DNA of 64,000 nt, from assembly GCA_965223845.1 (NCBI GenBank), contig CBDCXR010000004.1:6016001-6080000 (forward strand), in the 5' to 3' direction. The notes under the pieces were generated by a model that was given only the letters and a program-made list of their open reading frames with translations, was not told where the DNA came from and made no database searches. Source of the DNA: Planctomycetota bacterium (GTDB taxonomy: Bacteria; Planctomycetota; UBA8108; SXIK01). Below, piece after piece: positions 19,585 through 29,400 of this stretch (position 1 is the first letter of the stretch; each line of letters begins with the position of its first letter). The translations under genes and the position numbers were made by a program.

Positions 19585-19823
19585 CCGCGCTCATTCCGAT
19601 GTTTTTCGTCATCGCGATCGTCGCCGCCCTCGTCGCGCTCGAGGTGAAGGACCTCATCGCGGCGTCGTCGCTCCTGGCCGTGTCCAGCTTTACCGTCGCG
19701 CTCCTCTACGTGTCGCTCGGCGCGGTCGACGTCGGATTCAACGAGGCGGTTCTCGGCGCGGGTGTGACGGGCCTACTCTTCTTGACGGCAGTGTTTCACA
19801 CGCGCCGACGGTCGGCGGACTGA
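19581..19823 (+). CDS. Mrp antiporter small subunit (DUF4040 / MbhD-like)
   Basis: Hydrophobic 80 aa with LGAVDVGFNEAVLGAG motif; TTG start overlaps the mrpG stop (3' part of ORF 19131..19823). Confidence 0.8.
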   Translation: MTALIPMFFVIAIVAALVALEVKDLIAASSLLAVSSFTVALLYVSLGAVDVGFNEAVLGAGVTGLLFLTAVFHTRRRSAD

Positions 19824-19832
19824 GAGGCTAGG

Positions 19833-20150
19833 TTGAGACTTCTCGTCAAAGTACTGGTGATCGCGGTGGGAGTTCTTCTCGCCTACGCCGGAACCGGCCT
19901 CGCTCGCTTTGGTGACCCGGCCGCCCCGGCGGCCGTCCACGTCTCCGACCAATACCTCGAGGACGCCTACCGCGACGCGCACACGCCGAACATCGTCACC
20001 GTCATGATCGCGGACTACCGTTCGTTCGACACATTCGGCGAGACCGTCGTTGTCTTCGTGGCGGGAATGGCCTGCCTTCTCATACTGCGCGGCGAGCCGC
20101 CCCGGCGTCGTTTTCGCGGGCCGAGGCATCGGTTCGGGAGGGACGATTAG
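19833..20150 (+). CDS. Mrp antiporter subunit (MbhE-like / MrpA C-terminal-like segment)
   Basis: TPNIVTVMIADYRSFDTFGETVVVF motif. Confidence 0.85.
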   Translation: MRLLVKVLVIAVGVLLAYAGTGLARFGDPAAPAAVHVSDQYLEDAYRDAHTPNIVTVMIADYRSFDTFGETVVVFVAGMACLLILRGEPPRRRFRGPRHRFGRDD

Positions 20151-20648
20151 ATGCTCGAGCTCAAGGGAAGCGTCATCGTCGACATCTCGACGCGCGTTCT
20201 CGTTCCGGTGATTCAGCTCTTTGCTCTCTACGTCATCTTTCACGGGCACTACAGTCCGGGCGGCGGTTTTCAGGGCGGCGCCCTCCTCGCGGCGAGCGTT
20301 CTCGTACAGCGCATCGTGTTCGGACGCGTCGCGAGCGCGGCGGGATTCGCGCCGTGGTGCGCGCTTCCCTGCGGCATCGTCGGGATCGCGATCTACTTCG
20401 GGACCGGACTCGCCGGCCTTCCCGACGGCCGCTTCCTCCAGTACGACTCGCTCCCCTTCGGCCTCGACGCAGTTTGGCTGCGGAACACCGGAATCCTCCT
20501 CGTCGAGATCGGCGTCGCATTCGCGGTGATGGGGATCCTCGTCTCGATCTTCGACAGTCTCGCCGAAGGAGAAGACTCGGTCGACGACGGCGAAGACGAA
20601 GAGAACGTCGGCGCGACCTCGATTCCCGGGGAAGGAGCGCCGACGTGA
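20151..20648 (+). CDS. mrpB: Mrp/Mnh antiporter subunit B
   Basis: HGHYSPGGGFQGG motif. Confidence 0.92.
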   Translation: MLELKGSVIVDISTRVLVPVIQLFALYVIFHGHYSPGGGFQGGALLAASVLVQRIVFGRVASAAGFAPWCALPCGIVGIAIYFGTGLAGLPDGRFLQYDSLPFGLDAVWLRNTGILLVEIGVAFAVMGILVSIFDSLAEGEDSVDDGEDEENVGATSIPGEGAPT

Positions 20649-21034
20649 TCGCGGCCGCGTTCGACGAGTTCATGGCGACGCACTGGGCGTACCTCCTCAC
20701 GGTCGTCCTCCTCGTGATCGGCCTCTACGGCATGCTGCTCAAGCGCAACATGGTGAAGAAGCTGATCGGAATGAACGTCTTTCAGGGCGCGATCATCCTT
20801 CTCTACGTCGTCTTCGCCTACAAGGACGGGGCGACGGTTCCCGTGCATCACGAAGACTTCCCGGGTGAGGCGACCCGGTACATGAATCCGATTCCGCACG
20901 GGCTCATGCTGACCGCCATCGTCGTCTCCGTCGCCACTACGGGAGTGGCGCTCGCGCTCCTCATCGTGATCTACCGCCGGTACGGGACGCTCGAAGAGGG
21001 CGAGCTCCTCGAGAGGCTTCGCGACGATGGCTGA
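20645..21034 (+). CDS. mrpC: Mrp/Mnh antiporter subunit C
   Basis: NMVKKLIG and NPIPHGLMLTAIVVSVAT; GTG start overlaps the mrpB stop (3' part of ORF 20354..21034). Confidence 0.92.
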   Translation: MIAAAFDEFMATHWAYLLTVVLLVIGLYGMLLKRNMVKKLIGMNVFQGAIILLYVVFAYKDGATVPVHHEDFPGEATRYMNPIPHGLMLTAIVVSVATTGVALALLIVIYRRYGTLEEGELLERLRDDG

Positions 21035-22511
21035 GCAGCTCCCGTTTCTCGTGATCTTGCCGCTCCTCCTCGGCCTTCTCGTGGTCCCCGCGGTCGGACT
21101 CGTGCGGAGCTCGCTCGCGCATCCGCTCGCTTGCCTCGCCGTGCTCGCCTACGCCGCGCTCGCCTTCGCGCAGCTGAGCGAAGTCCTTCGCTCCGGCGTG
21201 ATCCGCTATTCCTTCGGCGGTTGGCCCCCGCCTCAGGGAATCGAGTTTCGCGTCGACGCGCTCAGTGCGTTCGTCGTCGCGGTGGTCTCGGCGATCGCGC
21301 TCATCGTCGTCGTCTATTCTCGATTGCCGGTGCGGCGCGAGCTCCCCGAGAAGGAGATGCCGTTCTACGGCGTCCTCTTGATTCTTCTTCTCGGCCTCAC
21401 CGGCATCGTGCTCACGGGTGATCTCTTCAATCTCTACGTTTTTTTCGAGGTGAGTTCGCTCTCCGGCTACGCCCTGATGGCGATCGGGTCGCGGAAGGCG
21501 GTCGTGTCGGCCTATCGCTATCTCATCATGGGAACGATGGGTGCGTCGTTCTATCTCCTCGGCGTCGGGTACCTCTACTTCCTTACCGGCAGCCTCAACA
21601 TGGTCGACGTCGCCGCGCGCGTCGGTGAGCTCGGTGCGAACCCGGCCTTCGTCCTCTCGCTCGTGCTCATGACCGCCGGCGTCGGCCTCAAGATGGCGCT
21701 CTTTCCGATGCATCTTTGGCTGCCCGATGCGTACACCTACGCGAGCAGCGCGGCGACCGCGATCATCGCGCCGGTGATGACGAAGGTGTCGGCGTACGTC
21801 CTCATCCGGATGCTGTTCTTCGTGTACGGAGCGAACCTCGTTAGCTCGTCGCTCCCGATCGCCGATGCCATCACCTGGCTCGGCCTCGCCGGCATCGTCG
21901 TCGGCTCCGTCTTCGCGATCGCGCAAAAGGACGCGAAGCGCATGCTCGCCCACAGCTCGGTCGCGCAGGTCGGGTTCATCGCGGTCGGAATCGGGATTGG
22001 TACTCCCCTCGCCCTCGTGGCAGCTCTCCTCCACGTCCTCAACCATGCCGCGATGAAGTGCTGCCTCTTCCTCGTGACCGGCAATATCGCGCGCGAGATC
22101 GGCAGCACGCGCATCGACCGGATTTCGGGGATGGGGGCGAACATGCCCTGGACGTTTTTCGGCTTCACCGTAGGTGCGCTCGCGATGATCGGAATTCCGC
22201 CGACGAACGGCTTCTTCAGCAAGTGGTATCTCGTTCTCGGCGGAATCCGCGAGGAGCGCTGGACGGTCGTCGCGATCGTGATCGCGAGCGGCCTGCTGAC
22301 GAGCGTCTACTTCTTTCGCCTCCTCGTGAAGATCTACACCGGCACTCCGCACGCCGCCCGACCGCGGGAAGTCCGTGAGGCGCCGGTATCGATGTGCGCT
22401 CCGGTAGTGGCGCTCGCGGCGGGACTCGTCGCGCTCGGCCTCGCGAACGCCTGGTTCGTGGGAGACGTGCTCCAGGCCACGCTGCCGCCCGGGATGGAGC
22501 TACCGAAATGA
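21027..22511 (+). CDS. mrpD: Mrp antiporter subunit D-like proton-conducting membrane transporter (copy 1)
   Basis: TGDLFNLYVFFE, KMALFPMHLWLPDAY, NHAAMK and GIPPTNGFFSKW. Confidence 0.9.
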   Translation: MAEQLPFLVILPLLLGLLVVPAVGLVRSSLAHPLACLAVLAYAALAFAQLSEVLRSGVIRYSFGGWPPPQGIEFRVDALSAFVVAVVSAIALIVVVYSRLPVRRELPEKEMPFYGVLLILLLGLTGIVLTGDLFNLYVFFEVSSLSGYALMAIGSRKAVVSAYRYLIMGTMGASFYLLGVGYLYFLTGSLNMVDVAARVGELGANPAFVLSLVLMTAGVGLKMALFPMHLWLPDAYTYASSAATAIIAPVMTKVSAYVLIRMLFFVYGANLVSSSLPIADAITWLGLAGIVVGSVFAIAQKDAKRMLAHSSVAQVGFIAVGIGIGTPLALVAALLHVLNHAAMKCCLFLVTGNIAREIGSTRIDRISGMGANMPWTFFGFTVGALAMIGIPPTNGFFSKWYLVLGGIREERWTVVAIVIASGLLTSVYFFRLLVKIYTGTPHAARPREVREAPVSMCAPVVALAAGLVALGLANAWFVGDVLQATLPPGMELPK

Positions 22512-22533
22512 CCTCGACGGAGAGAGCGGCCTC

Positions 22534-24024
22534 GTGGAATTCGTAGAGAGCTATCGGCCGCTAGTGGCCGTCCTCGTCTCGCTCGCCGCCGTGCCGCTCA
22601 TTGTCGCGAGCGACCGCCGCCCGAATCTGCGCGAGACGTGGACGCTGATCGCGGCGTTCGCGAAGGCCGCGCTCGTCGTCTCGATGCTCCCCTTCGTGCT
22701 CGACGACAAGATCCTCACTTGTGCTCTGTGGGAGCTCTCCCCGGACATTCGCCTCGAGCTTCGCGTCGACCCGCTCGGTTTGATCTTTGCGCTCGTTGCC
22801 AGCGTCCTCTGGGTGTTCACGTCGTTCTACTCGATCGGATACGTGCGCGGCGCGAGAGAGCACAAGCAGACGCGGTACTTCGCGAGCTTCGCCGTCTGCG
22901 TCTCGGCGACGATCGGCATCGCGTTCGCCGCGAATCTTCTCACGTTTCTCGTCTTCTTCGAGATGCTCACCTTCGCGACGTTTCCGCTCGTGATCCACAA
23001 GGAGACTCCGGTCGCGAAGGCCGCCGCGTGGAAGTACCTCGCGTACACGATCCCGGCGGGACTCTGTCTCATCACGGCGACCGCGTGGAGTGTGAGCCTC
23101 GTCGGCGACACGACGTTTCGTCCGGGAGGTTTCCTCGCCGAGAGCGGGGCGAGCTCGGGCGCGTTCGGTTGGCTGTTCCTCCTCTTCATCCTCGCCGTCG
23201 GAGTGAAGGCGGGCATCATGCCGCTTCACTCCTGGCTCCCGTCGGCGATGGCCGCACCGACTCCCGTCTCGGCGCTCCTTCACGCCGTCGCGGTGGTCAA
23301 AGCCGGAGTCTTCGGTGTTCTCCGGGTGACGGGCTACGTCTTCGGGACGGACCTCCTCCGCGAGCTCGGCGCGTGGTCAGTGCTCGCGTGGGCGGCCGGG
23401 ATCACGCTCACGGTCGCTTCGCTGCTAGCGATGCGACAGGACAACTTGAAACGCCGACTCGCCTACAGCACCGTCGGCCACCTGAGCTACATCGTCCTCG
23501 GCGCGGCTCTCCTCACCCCCGCGGCGTGGACGGGAGCGGTGCTCCACCTCCTCTTCCACGCGACGATGAAGATCACGCTCTTCTTCTGCGCCGGAGCGAT
23601 CTACGTGCGCACGCGCAAAGAGAACATCAGTCAGCTCGACGGGATCGGACGGCAGATGCCGATCACCATGGCCGCGTTCACGATCGCGAGTCTCGGGCTC
23701 GCCGGTGTACCCGGCGTGAACGGATTCCTGTCGAAGTGGTATCTCGCGCTCGGCGCTCTCGAGGCCGACCGGCAGGTGTTTCTCCTTCTGCTCGTCCTCA
23801 GCGGAGTCCTCAACGCCGCGTACTTCTTTCCCGTCATCCGCGTCGCGTTCTTTCGCTCGGGAGATGAATTCTCGCGCTTCGGCGAGGCGAGCGCGCTCAT
23901 GGTGGCGCCCCTCGCGATCACCGCATTGATTTCGGTGACTCTCGGACTCGCGCCGAATCTCGGACCGGCGGCGTTTGATCTAGCGCGTGGCATCGCGATG
24001 GCCGTCGCGGGAGGTGCACCGTGA
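22534..24024 (+). CDS. mrpD: Mrp antiporter subunit D-like transporter (copy 2)
   Basis: KAGIMPLHSWLPSAMAAPTPVSALLHAVAVVKAG and NLKRRLAYST. Confidence 0.88.
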   Translation: MEFVESYRPLVAVLVSLAAVPLIVASDRRPNLRETWTLIAAFAKAALVVSMLPFVLDDKILTCALWELSPDIRLELRVDPLGLIFALVASVLWVFTSFYSIGYVRGAREHKQTRYFASFAVCVSATIGIAFAANLLTFLVFFEMLTFATFPLVIHKETPVAKAAAWKYLAYTIPAGLCLITATAWSVSLVGDTTFRPGGFLAESGASSGAFGWLFLLFILAVGVKAGIMPLHSWLPSAMAAPTPVSALLHAVAVVKAGVFGVLRVTGYVFGTDLLRELGAWSVLAWAAGITLTVASLLAMRQDNLKRRLAYSTVGHLSYIVLGAALLTPAAWTGAVLHLLFHATMKITLFFCAGAIYVRTRKENISQLDGIGRQMPITMAAFTIASLGLAGVPGVNGFLSKWYLALGALEADRQVFLLLLVLSGVLNAAYFFPVIRVAFFRSGDEFSRFGEASALMVAPLAITALISVTLGLAPNLGPAAFDLARGIAMAVAGGAP

Positions 24025-24248
24025 AGCTCAAGTTCCCCGGCGCGCGTGGACTCATCGTTGCGCTCATCTGCGCTGCGATCGCTCTAGCGCTTCCCTACGT
24101 GATCCACGTCGAGCACCACGGCGGATTCTGGGAGAAGATTCCGGCGTGGTGGGCGCTCTTCGGAGCGGTCGGCTGCGTCGTGATCATCCTCGCGAGCAAG
24201 GCGCTCGGTGCGATCCTCCTTCAAAAGCCGGAAGACTGGTATGACTGA
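24021..24248 (+). CDS. Small membrane protein within the Mrp operon
   Basis: 75 aa, 2 hydrophobic segments, WEKIPAWWALFG...KPEDWYD; overlaps both neighbours. Confidence 0.8.
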   Translation: MKLKFPGARGLIVALICAAIALALPYVIHVEHHGGFWEKIPAWWALFGAVGCVVIILASKALGAILLQKPEDWYD

Positions 24249-26151
24249 GGCGCGCCGAGCTTCGATCGCGATCGCCGTGTTCGCGGCCTTGAGTGCAGGG
24301 GGAGGTTCCCTATTCGCGGCCGACGTACCCGCCGAAACGGCCGGTGGACTCGGTCTCGCCGTGGATCCAGTCTCGCTTCCCGCCCCGGCGAGCTCGATTC
24401 CGGGCGCGGTTCCCCCGGCGCTCTTCCTTCTCGCCGGCGCCCTCGCTCTGCCCGCGCTTCCCCGCGCTCTCCGAGGGGTCGCCACCGTCCTCGTTCCCGC
24501 GGCGGCGTTCTGGTGGATCCTCGCCGAGCTCACGCCCGGCGCGACGCTCGCAGTGCCGTTTCTCGGCTACGAGCTCCAGATCGTACGCGCCGATCGACTC
24601 AGCATCGTCTTCGGCCTCATCTTCTCTGCGGTCGGGGTCATCGCCGGCGTCTACGCGCTTCACATGACCGAGCGGCGACAGCAAGTTGCCGCTCTCCTCT
24701 ACACGGCGGGAGCGCTCGGCGTGACGTTCGCGGGTGATTGGTTCACGCTCTACGCGTTCTGGGAGCTGATGGCGGTGGCGTCGACCGTTCTCATCTGGGC
24801 GCGGCGGACGGTCGACTCCGAGCGCGCGGGGACGAGGTACATCATCGTCCACCTCGCCGGCGGCGCGTTGCTCCTCGCGGGAATTCTCCTTCACGTCCAC
24901 GAGACGGGCTCCATCGCGTTCGAGCATTTCGATCCCTCCGGCGACGCGAGCGCAGGTGCGTGGTGGATCCTCATCGGCTTCGCCGTCAACGCGGCGATTC
25001 CACCGCTCGGCGCTTGGCTTCCCGACAGCTATCCGCGCGCCACGGTGACGGGCGCCGTGTTCTGTTCGGCGCTCACGACGAAGACGGCGGTGTACGCACT
25101 CATCCGCGGATTCCACGGCTGGGAGATCCTCGTCGTCGCGGGAGTGGTGATGGCGCTCTACGGCGTCGTCTACGCCGTTCTCGCGAACGATATCCGCGAG
25201 CTTCTCGCGTACCACATCATCTCGCAGGTCGGTTACATGGTCGCCGGCGTCGGACTGGGTTCCGAGCTCGCTCTCAACGGCGCGGTCGCGCACGCCGTGT
25301 GTCACATCCTCTATAAGTCCGTCCTCTTCATGGGCTGCGGCGCGGTGATCGAGACGACGGGCCGCTCGAAGCTGACGGAGCTCGGAGGATTTCTCAAACG
25401 GCAGAAACTGATCTTCGCGCTCTACATGATCGGCGCGTTCTCGATTTCGGGCTTTCCGCTTTGGAATGGGTTCATCTCAAAGTCGATGGTCACCGCGGCG
25501 GCGCACGAGGTGCACGTCGACTGGGCGTTTCTTCTCCTCATGCTCGCCTCGGTGGGAACGTTCCTTCACACCGGGCTCAAGCTCCCCCACGGCATCTGGT
25601 TCGGCGAGGACAAGGGGATCGCGCCGCGCCGCGCGCCGGCGAACATGCTCGCGGCGCTGGCGCTTGGCGGGGCGCTCTGCACTCTCCTCGGCGTTTGGCC
25701 CGCCCTTCTCTACGCTTTCTTGCCGTTCGAAGTGCGCTGGGAGCCGTACACCGCCGCGCACGTCATCGAGATGGTGCAGATCCTCCTCTTTACGTTCTTT
25801 GCGTTCTACCTCTTCATCCCGAAGCTGAAGGGAGAGCCGACGATCTCGATGGACACGGACGTCGTCTATCGAAAGCCGGCCCCCGCGGCGCGAGCGGTGT
25901 TCGTCGATGCCCCCGCGGTGGCGTTCGCGGCGATCGAGCGGATCGCGCTCGCCGTCGCGCGCCGACTCGACTCGCTTCTTCGCGATCCCACGCGCGGGAT
26001 CCCCGGCGTACCCCGCGCCGTCGAGGGCGACGAGGATGGCTACGACGAAGATCGCTGTCGCCGGCCGCTCGGTGTTTCGCTCGCGCTCACGCTTCTCGCC
26101 TTTGCGGCCCTCGCGGCGTGGTCGCTCGTCGCCGCGACCTCGGGTAGGTGA
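24241..26151 (+). CDS. mrpD: Mrp antiporter subunit D-like transporter (copy 3)
   Basis: FWELMA, AWLPDSYP, TTKTAVY, LLAYHIISQVGYM and SISGFPLWNGFISKSM; start at ATG 24241. Confidence 0.88.
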   Translation: MTEARRASIAIAVFAALSAGGGSLFAADVPAETAGGLGLAVDPVSLPAPASSIPGAVPPALFLLAGALALPALPRALRGVATVLVPAAAFWWILAELTPGATLAVPFLGYELQIVRADRLSIVFGLIFSAVGVIAGVYALHMTERRQQVAALLYTAGALGVTFAGDWFTLYAFWELMAVASTVLIWARRTVDSERAGTRYIIVHLAGGALLLAGILLHVHETGSIAFEHFDPSGDASAGAWWILIGFAVNAAIPPLGAWLPDSYPRATVTGAVFCSALTTKTAVYALIRGFHGWEILVVAGVVMALYGVVYAVLANDIRELLAYHIISQVGYMVAGVGLGSELALNGAVAHAVCHILYKSVLFMGCGAVIETTGRSKLTELGGFLKRQKLIFALYMIGAFSISGFPLWNGFISKSMVTAAAHEVHVDWAFLLLMLASVGTFLHTGLKLPHGIWFGEDKGIAPRRAPANMLAALALGGALCTLLGVWPALLYAFLPFEVRWEPYTAAHVIEMVQILLFTFFAFYLFIPKLKGEPTISMDTDVVYRKPAPAARAVFVDAPAVAFAAIERIALAVARRLDSLLRDPTRGIPGVPRAVEGDEDGYDEDRCRRPLGVSLALTLLAFAALAAWSLVAATSGR

Positions 26152-26402
26152 TTGTTTCGCCCGCGGTCCTGCGCTTGCCCTCATCTGCGCAGAACATCCG
26201 ACTCATCTCTCGTCCACGAATAGACGGCGTACTCCGTTTCACCGCCTGAACGACAGCGGAAACGCGTTTGCAAGGACGAGTCCGAGAGATAACGTAGAGG
26301 TTCGGGCCGAGACTGAATCCCAAGCGGGCTTGACGATCAGGCGGGGGGCTGAGTGGATCAGCACGGCGGCGGGCACCGCGCGTGCGCAACCCGGGCGTAG
26401 AC

Positions 26403-29400
26403 ATGATGCGTTGTTCGTGGGCATTGCCGGCGGCGCGGTGGCGCGGCGTCGTCGGAGCCGGAATCGTGGCTGCCGCCGCCGCGATTCTCTCCGGCTGCTA
26501 CGGAACGGTCGGCATCGTCGTCGCCGTGCTTCTCGACGACCCACCGGACGGGCCCGAAAACGCGACGGTGATCCTCCGCTCCGCGGCTCCCGTCGTCGAC
26601 GCCGACTCGTGCACGGACACGCTCGAGAGTCGGCTCGATCTCGACCGGGAGAGCGATGGCGCGCTCGTCTACACCACGAGCCCGATCCTCATCCGATTCT
26701 GTGTCGTCTCGAAGGACAGCGACAGCGAAGTTCGCATCAGCTATCGCATCCTCCAGGTGGAGTCCCCGCGGAACGCCGAGAGCGCCCTCGTCGGCCAGGT
26801 GCGAACGATCTCAAAGGCGGGGCGAAGGACCGGGTGCGACGACGTACACACGCTCGAGTGGAACGCGCGCGAAGCGTTCGCGGCCCTCGGAGTTTCTCGC
26901 GCGCGAGTGCAAATCATCGGAAGGGCACGCGGTTCGTCGGACGATCTGCCGCCGTTCTGGCTCGACTTGACCGAGCCTCCCGCCGTCGTGTCGGATCCGA
27001 TCCTCCGCCTCGGAACGGTCGACGAACCGGGAGAGCCGATGCGGGACGCGATCTACGGCGAAGCCCACGTCCGGCTTGAGCTCGGAGGCGGCGATCCTGA
27101 TACCGGAGCGCCTCGCGCGGCGCTCTTCTTCGCGCCGGACGGAGTGGGACCCTGCCCCGAGTTCTGCGCGGAAGACCTCGTCGCGCTCTCGAGCGAGCCC
27201 GTGACGACCGAAGACGAGGATCCGGCCGAGCCGCTCGAGCTCTTCGCGGAGTTCGATTCCGCTGAGGTTTCCGAATCGCGGGCGCGCGGCCATCTCGTCG
27301 TCGTTCCGTTCAGTACGCGGGTCGGTGAACCGAGGTGCATTCCGATCGAGATCGACAACCGGGTGCCGCGGTTCGAGGTGATCGCGCCGTCGTCGGCGCT
27401 CGCGGGGGTCGTCGGCGTCGCCGTGCGCGTCGAGCATCGCTCCGTTCCCGAGGCCGATTACCTTCTTCGCGCGGTCGACGTCGTCGCGCTCGATCCCGCC
27501 GGCGAGCCGAGCGAAGAGTTTCCCGCGACGCCGGCGCTCGGCGGGCGCAACGAGTTCTTCGCCGACGTCGACGCGGCCTGCGCGGCCGAGCCGGACCCGT
27601 TTCGATCTTCGCGAAAGCCACGCACATACGTGTGGAACGCACCTCGCGACGTGGACGCTTGGCTCGCCCGTGGCGGCGCCGTCGTGCCGCCGGCGACACT
27701 TCGCGTCACGATCGAGAACCAGTCGACCGGACGCATCTTCGCGCGTGAGTCGAACGTGATGACCTACGGCCGCGAACGCGTCGGGACGGTCGCCGGCGGC
27801 GGATCGCAGGCGAACACCTGCGCGGGAAAGATCACTTTTTCTTCCGTCGCGGACGTCGCGTTTGCGAACGGCTCGGTGTTTGCGGCCGACGACGTGCGGC
27901 AGACGATTCACCAGTTCGAGCTCTCGTTCGACTGCGCGGCGGACGAGCCGATCGCCTGTCAGCTCGCGCTCGCCGAGCCGATCCGGGTGTTCGCCGGGGA
28001 CGGGTTTCGAGGCTTCGACGCCGGTTCTCTGCCGGCGACGCTCGCGAGCTTCGATACGCCGTCCGGCCTCGCGGCCGCGCCCGACGGACGCATTTACATC
28101 GCCGACTCGGGGAACGACCGCGTTCGCTTCGTCGATCCGGAGACGCAGTTCCTCGAGAGCTTTCCACCGAGTGGCGGAGTGCGCTTCGATCGTCCGCGCG
28201 ATGTTGCGGTCGTGGCGCCGGATCCCGCGACACCCGGGCGTTACTTCGTCTACGTTGCCGACACGGGAGGAAACCGCGTCGTCCGCATCGATCCCCTCGA
28301 GCTCGAACCACCGGAGGTGGCCGCGACTCTCGCGGCTCCGCGAAGTCTCGCGGGGCGAGTGGAGGCTGGCGAGGTCGCTCTCTACGTCGCCGAATCGGCC
28401 GCGGACGATGCCGTCGCGTCGAGCTGCGGTCCGGCGACCGCGGGAAGCGGTCGCGTGGTTCGTATCGCGCGGGCGGCGGGCGGGACGTACTCGTGCGAAG
28501 CCGTTGCGGACTTTCCGAGTCCGATCGCGGTCGCGGTAGCGGGCGAGACTTTGTTCGTCGCCGATGAAGCGCGCCGCAACGTCTTTCGAGTTGGGGCGGA
28601 CGGGACGATCGAGGCGATCTTCGCCGACTTACCCGCGCTCGTCGAGGGCTTCGCGTGTGCACCGGAGAGCGGCGGTGGGGTTCGACTTTCGTGGGACGTC
28701 GATGACCCGAGCGCGCGAGTTCTGATCTCGCGCGATCCGGGATTCCCGGACGCACCGACGCGCGTTGCCGAGCTGGGCGCGGGAGGATTCGAGGACGCGG
28801 ATGCGCCGCCCGGAGTTTACACGTACTCGGTTCAGCGAATCGGTCCGCCGATCGCGGCGATCGACTGTGACGCGGAAGCGGCCGAACTCGCGAGCATCGG
28901 CGAGGCCGTCACCTGCCTCGCTGAGGTCGCCCCTCGTCCCGTCCGAGATCTCTCGTGCGCTCGCGCCGCAAGCGCGGCAGAGCTCACCTGGACGAACGAC
29001 GGCGTCTACGACGAGATCCGCATCGTCCGCCGTGATTCGCGTGGAGTCGTGAGCGAAGTCGTCGTGCCGGGGGACGCGGCTCGCTACGTCGATTCGACGG
29101 CGACCCGGCTGGGCGCGAGCTACTCCCTTCGCGGAGTGCGGGCGGAGGTCGCGAGCGACGCCGTCGACTGCGAGTTGACCGAGGACAAGCCTCCCGCGCC
29201 GTCGAGTCTCGTCTGCATCGCCGGTGCGACATCGGTCGAGCTGGCGTGGATGAACGCCGCGGAATACGACCGCCTGACCATCCGCCGGGAGTCGTCCGGA
29301 AGAGACGACGTCACGCTGCGGCTGCCGGGGAGCGTCGAGAGCTACATCGACGCGGCAGTCCCGCCCGGTGCCCAGCGGTACTTCGTCGCGGGTTCGATCG

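Noticed and set aside
18306-26151. NADH dehydrogenase or membrane-bound hydrogenase operon
   Set aside because: Only antiporter-type membrane subunits are present; there are no Fe-S or NiFe catalytic subunits.
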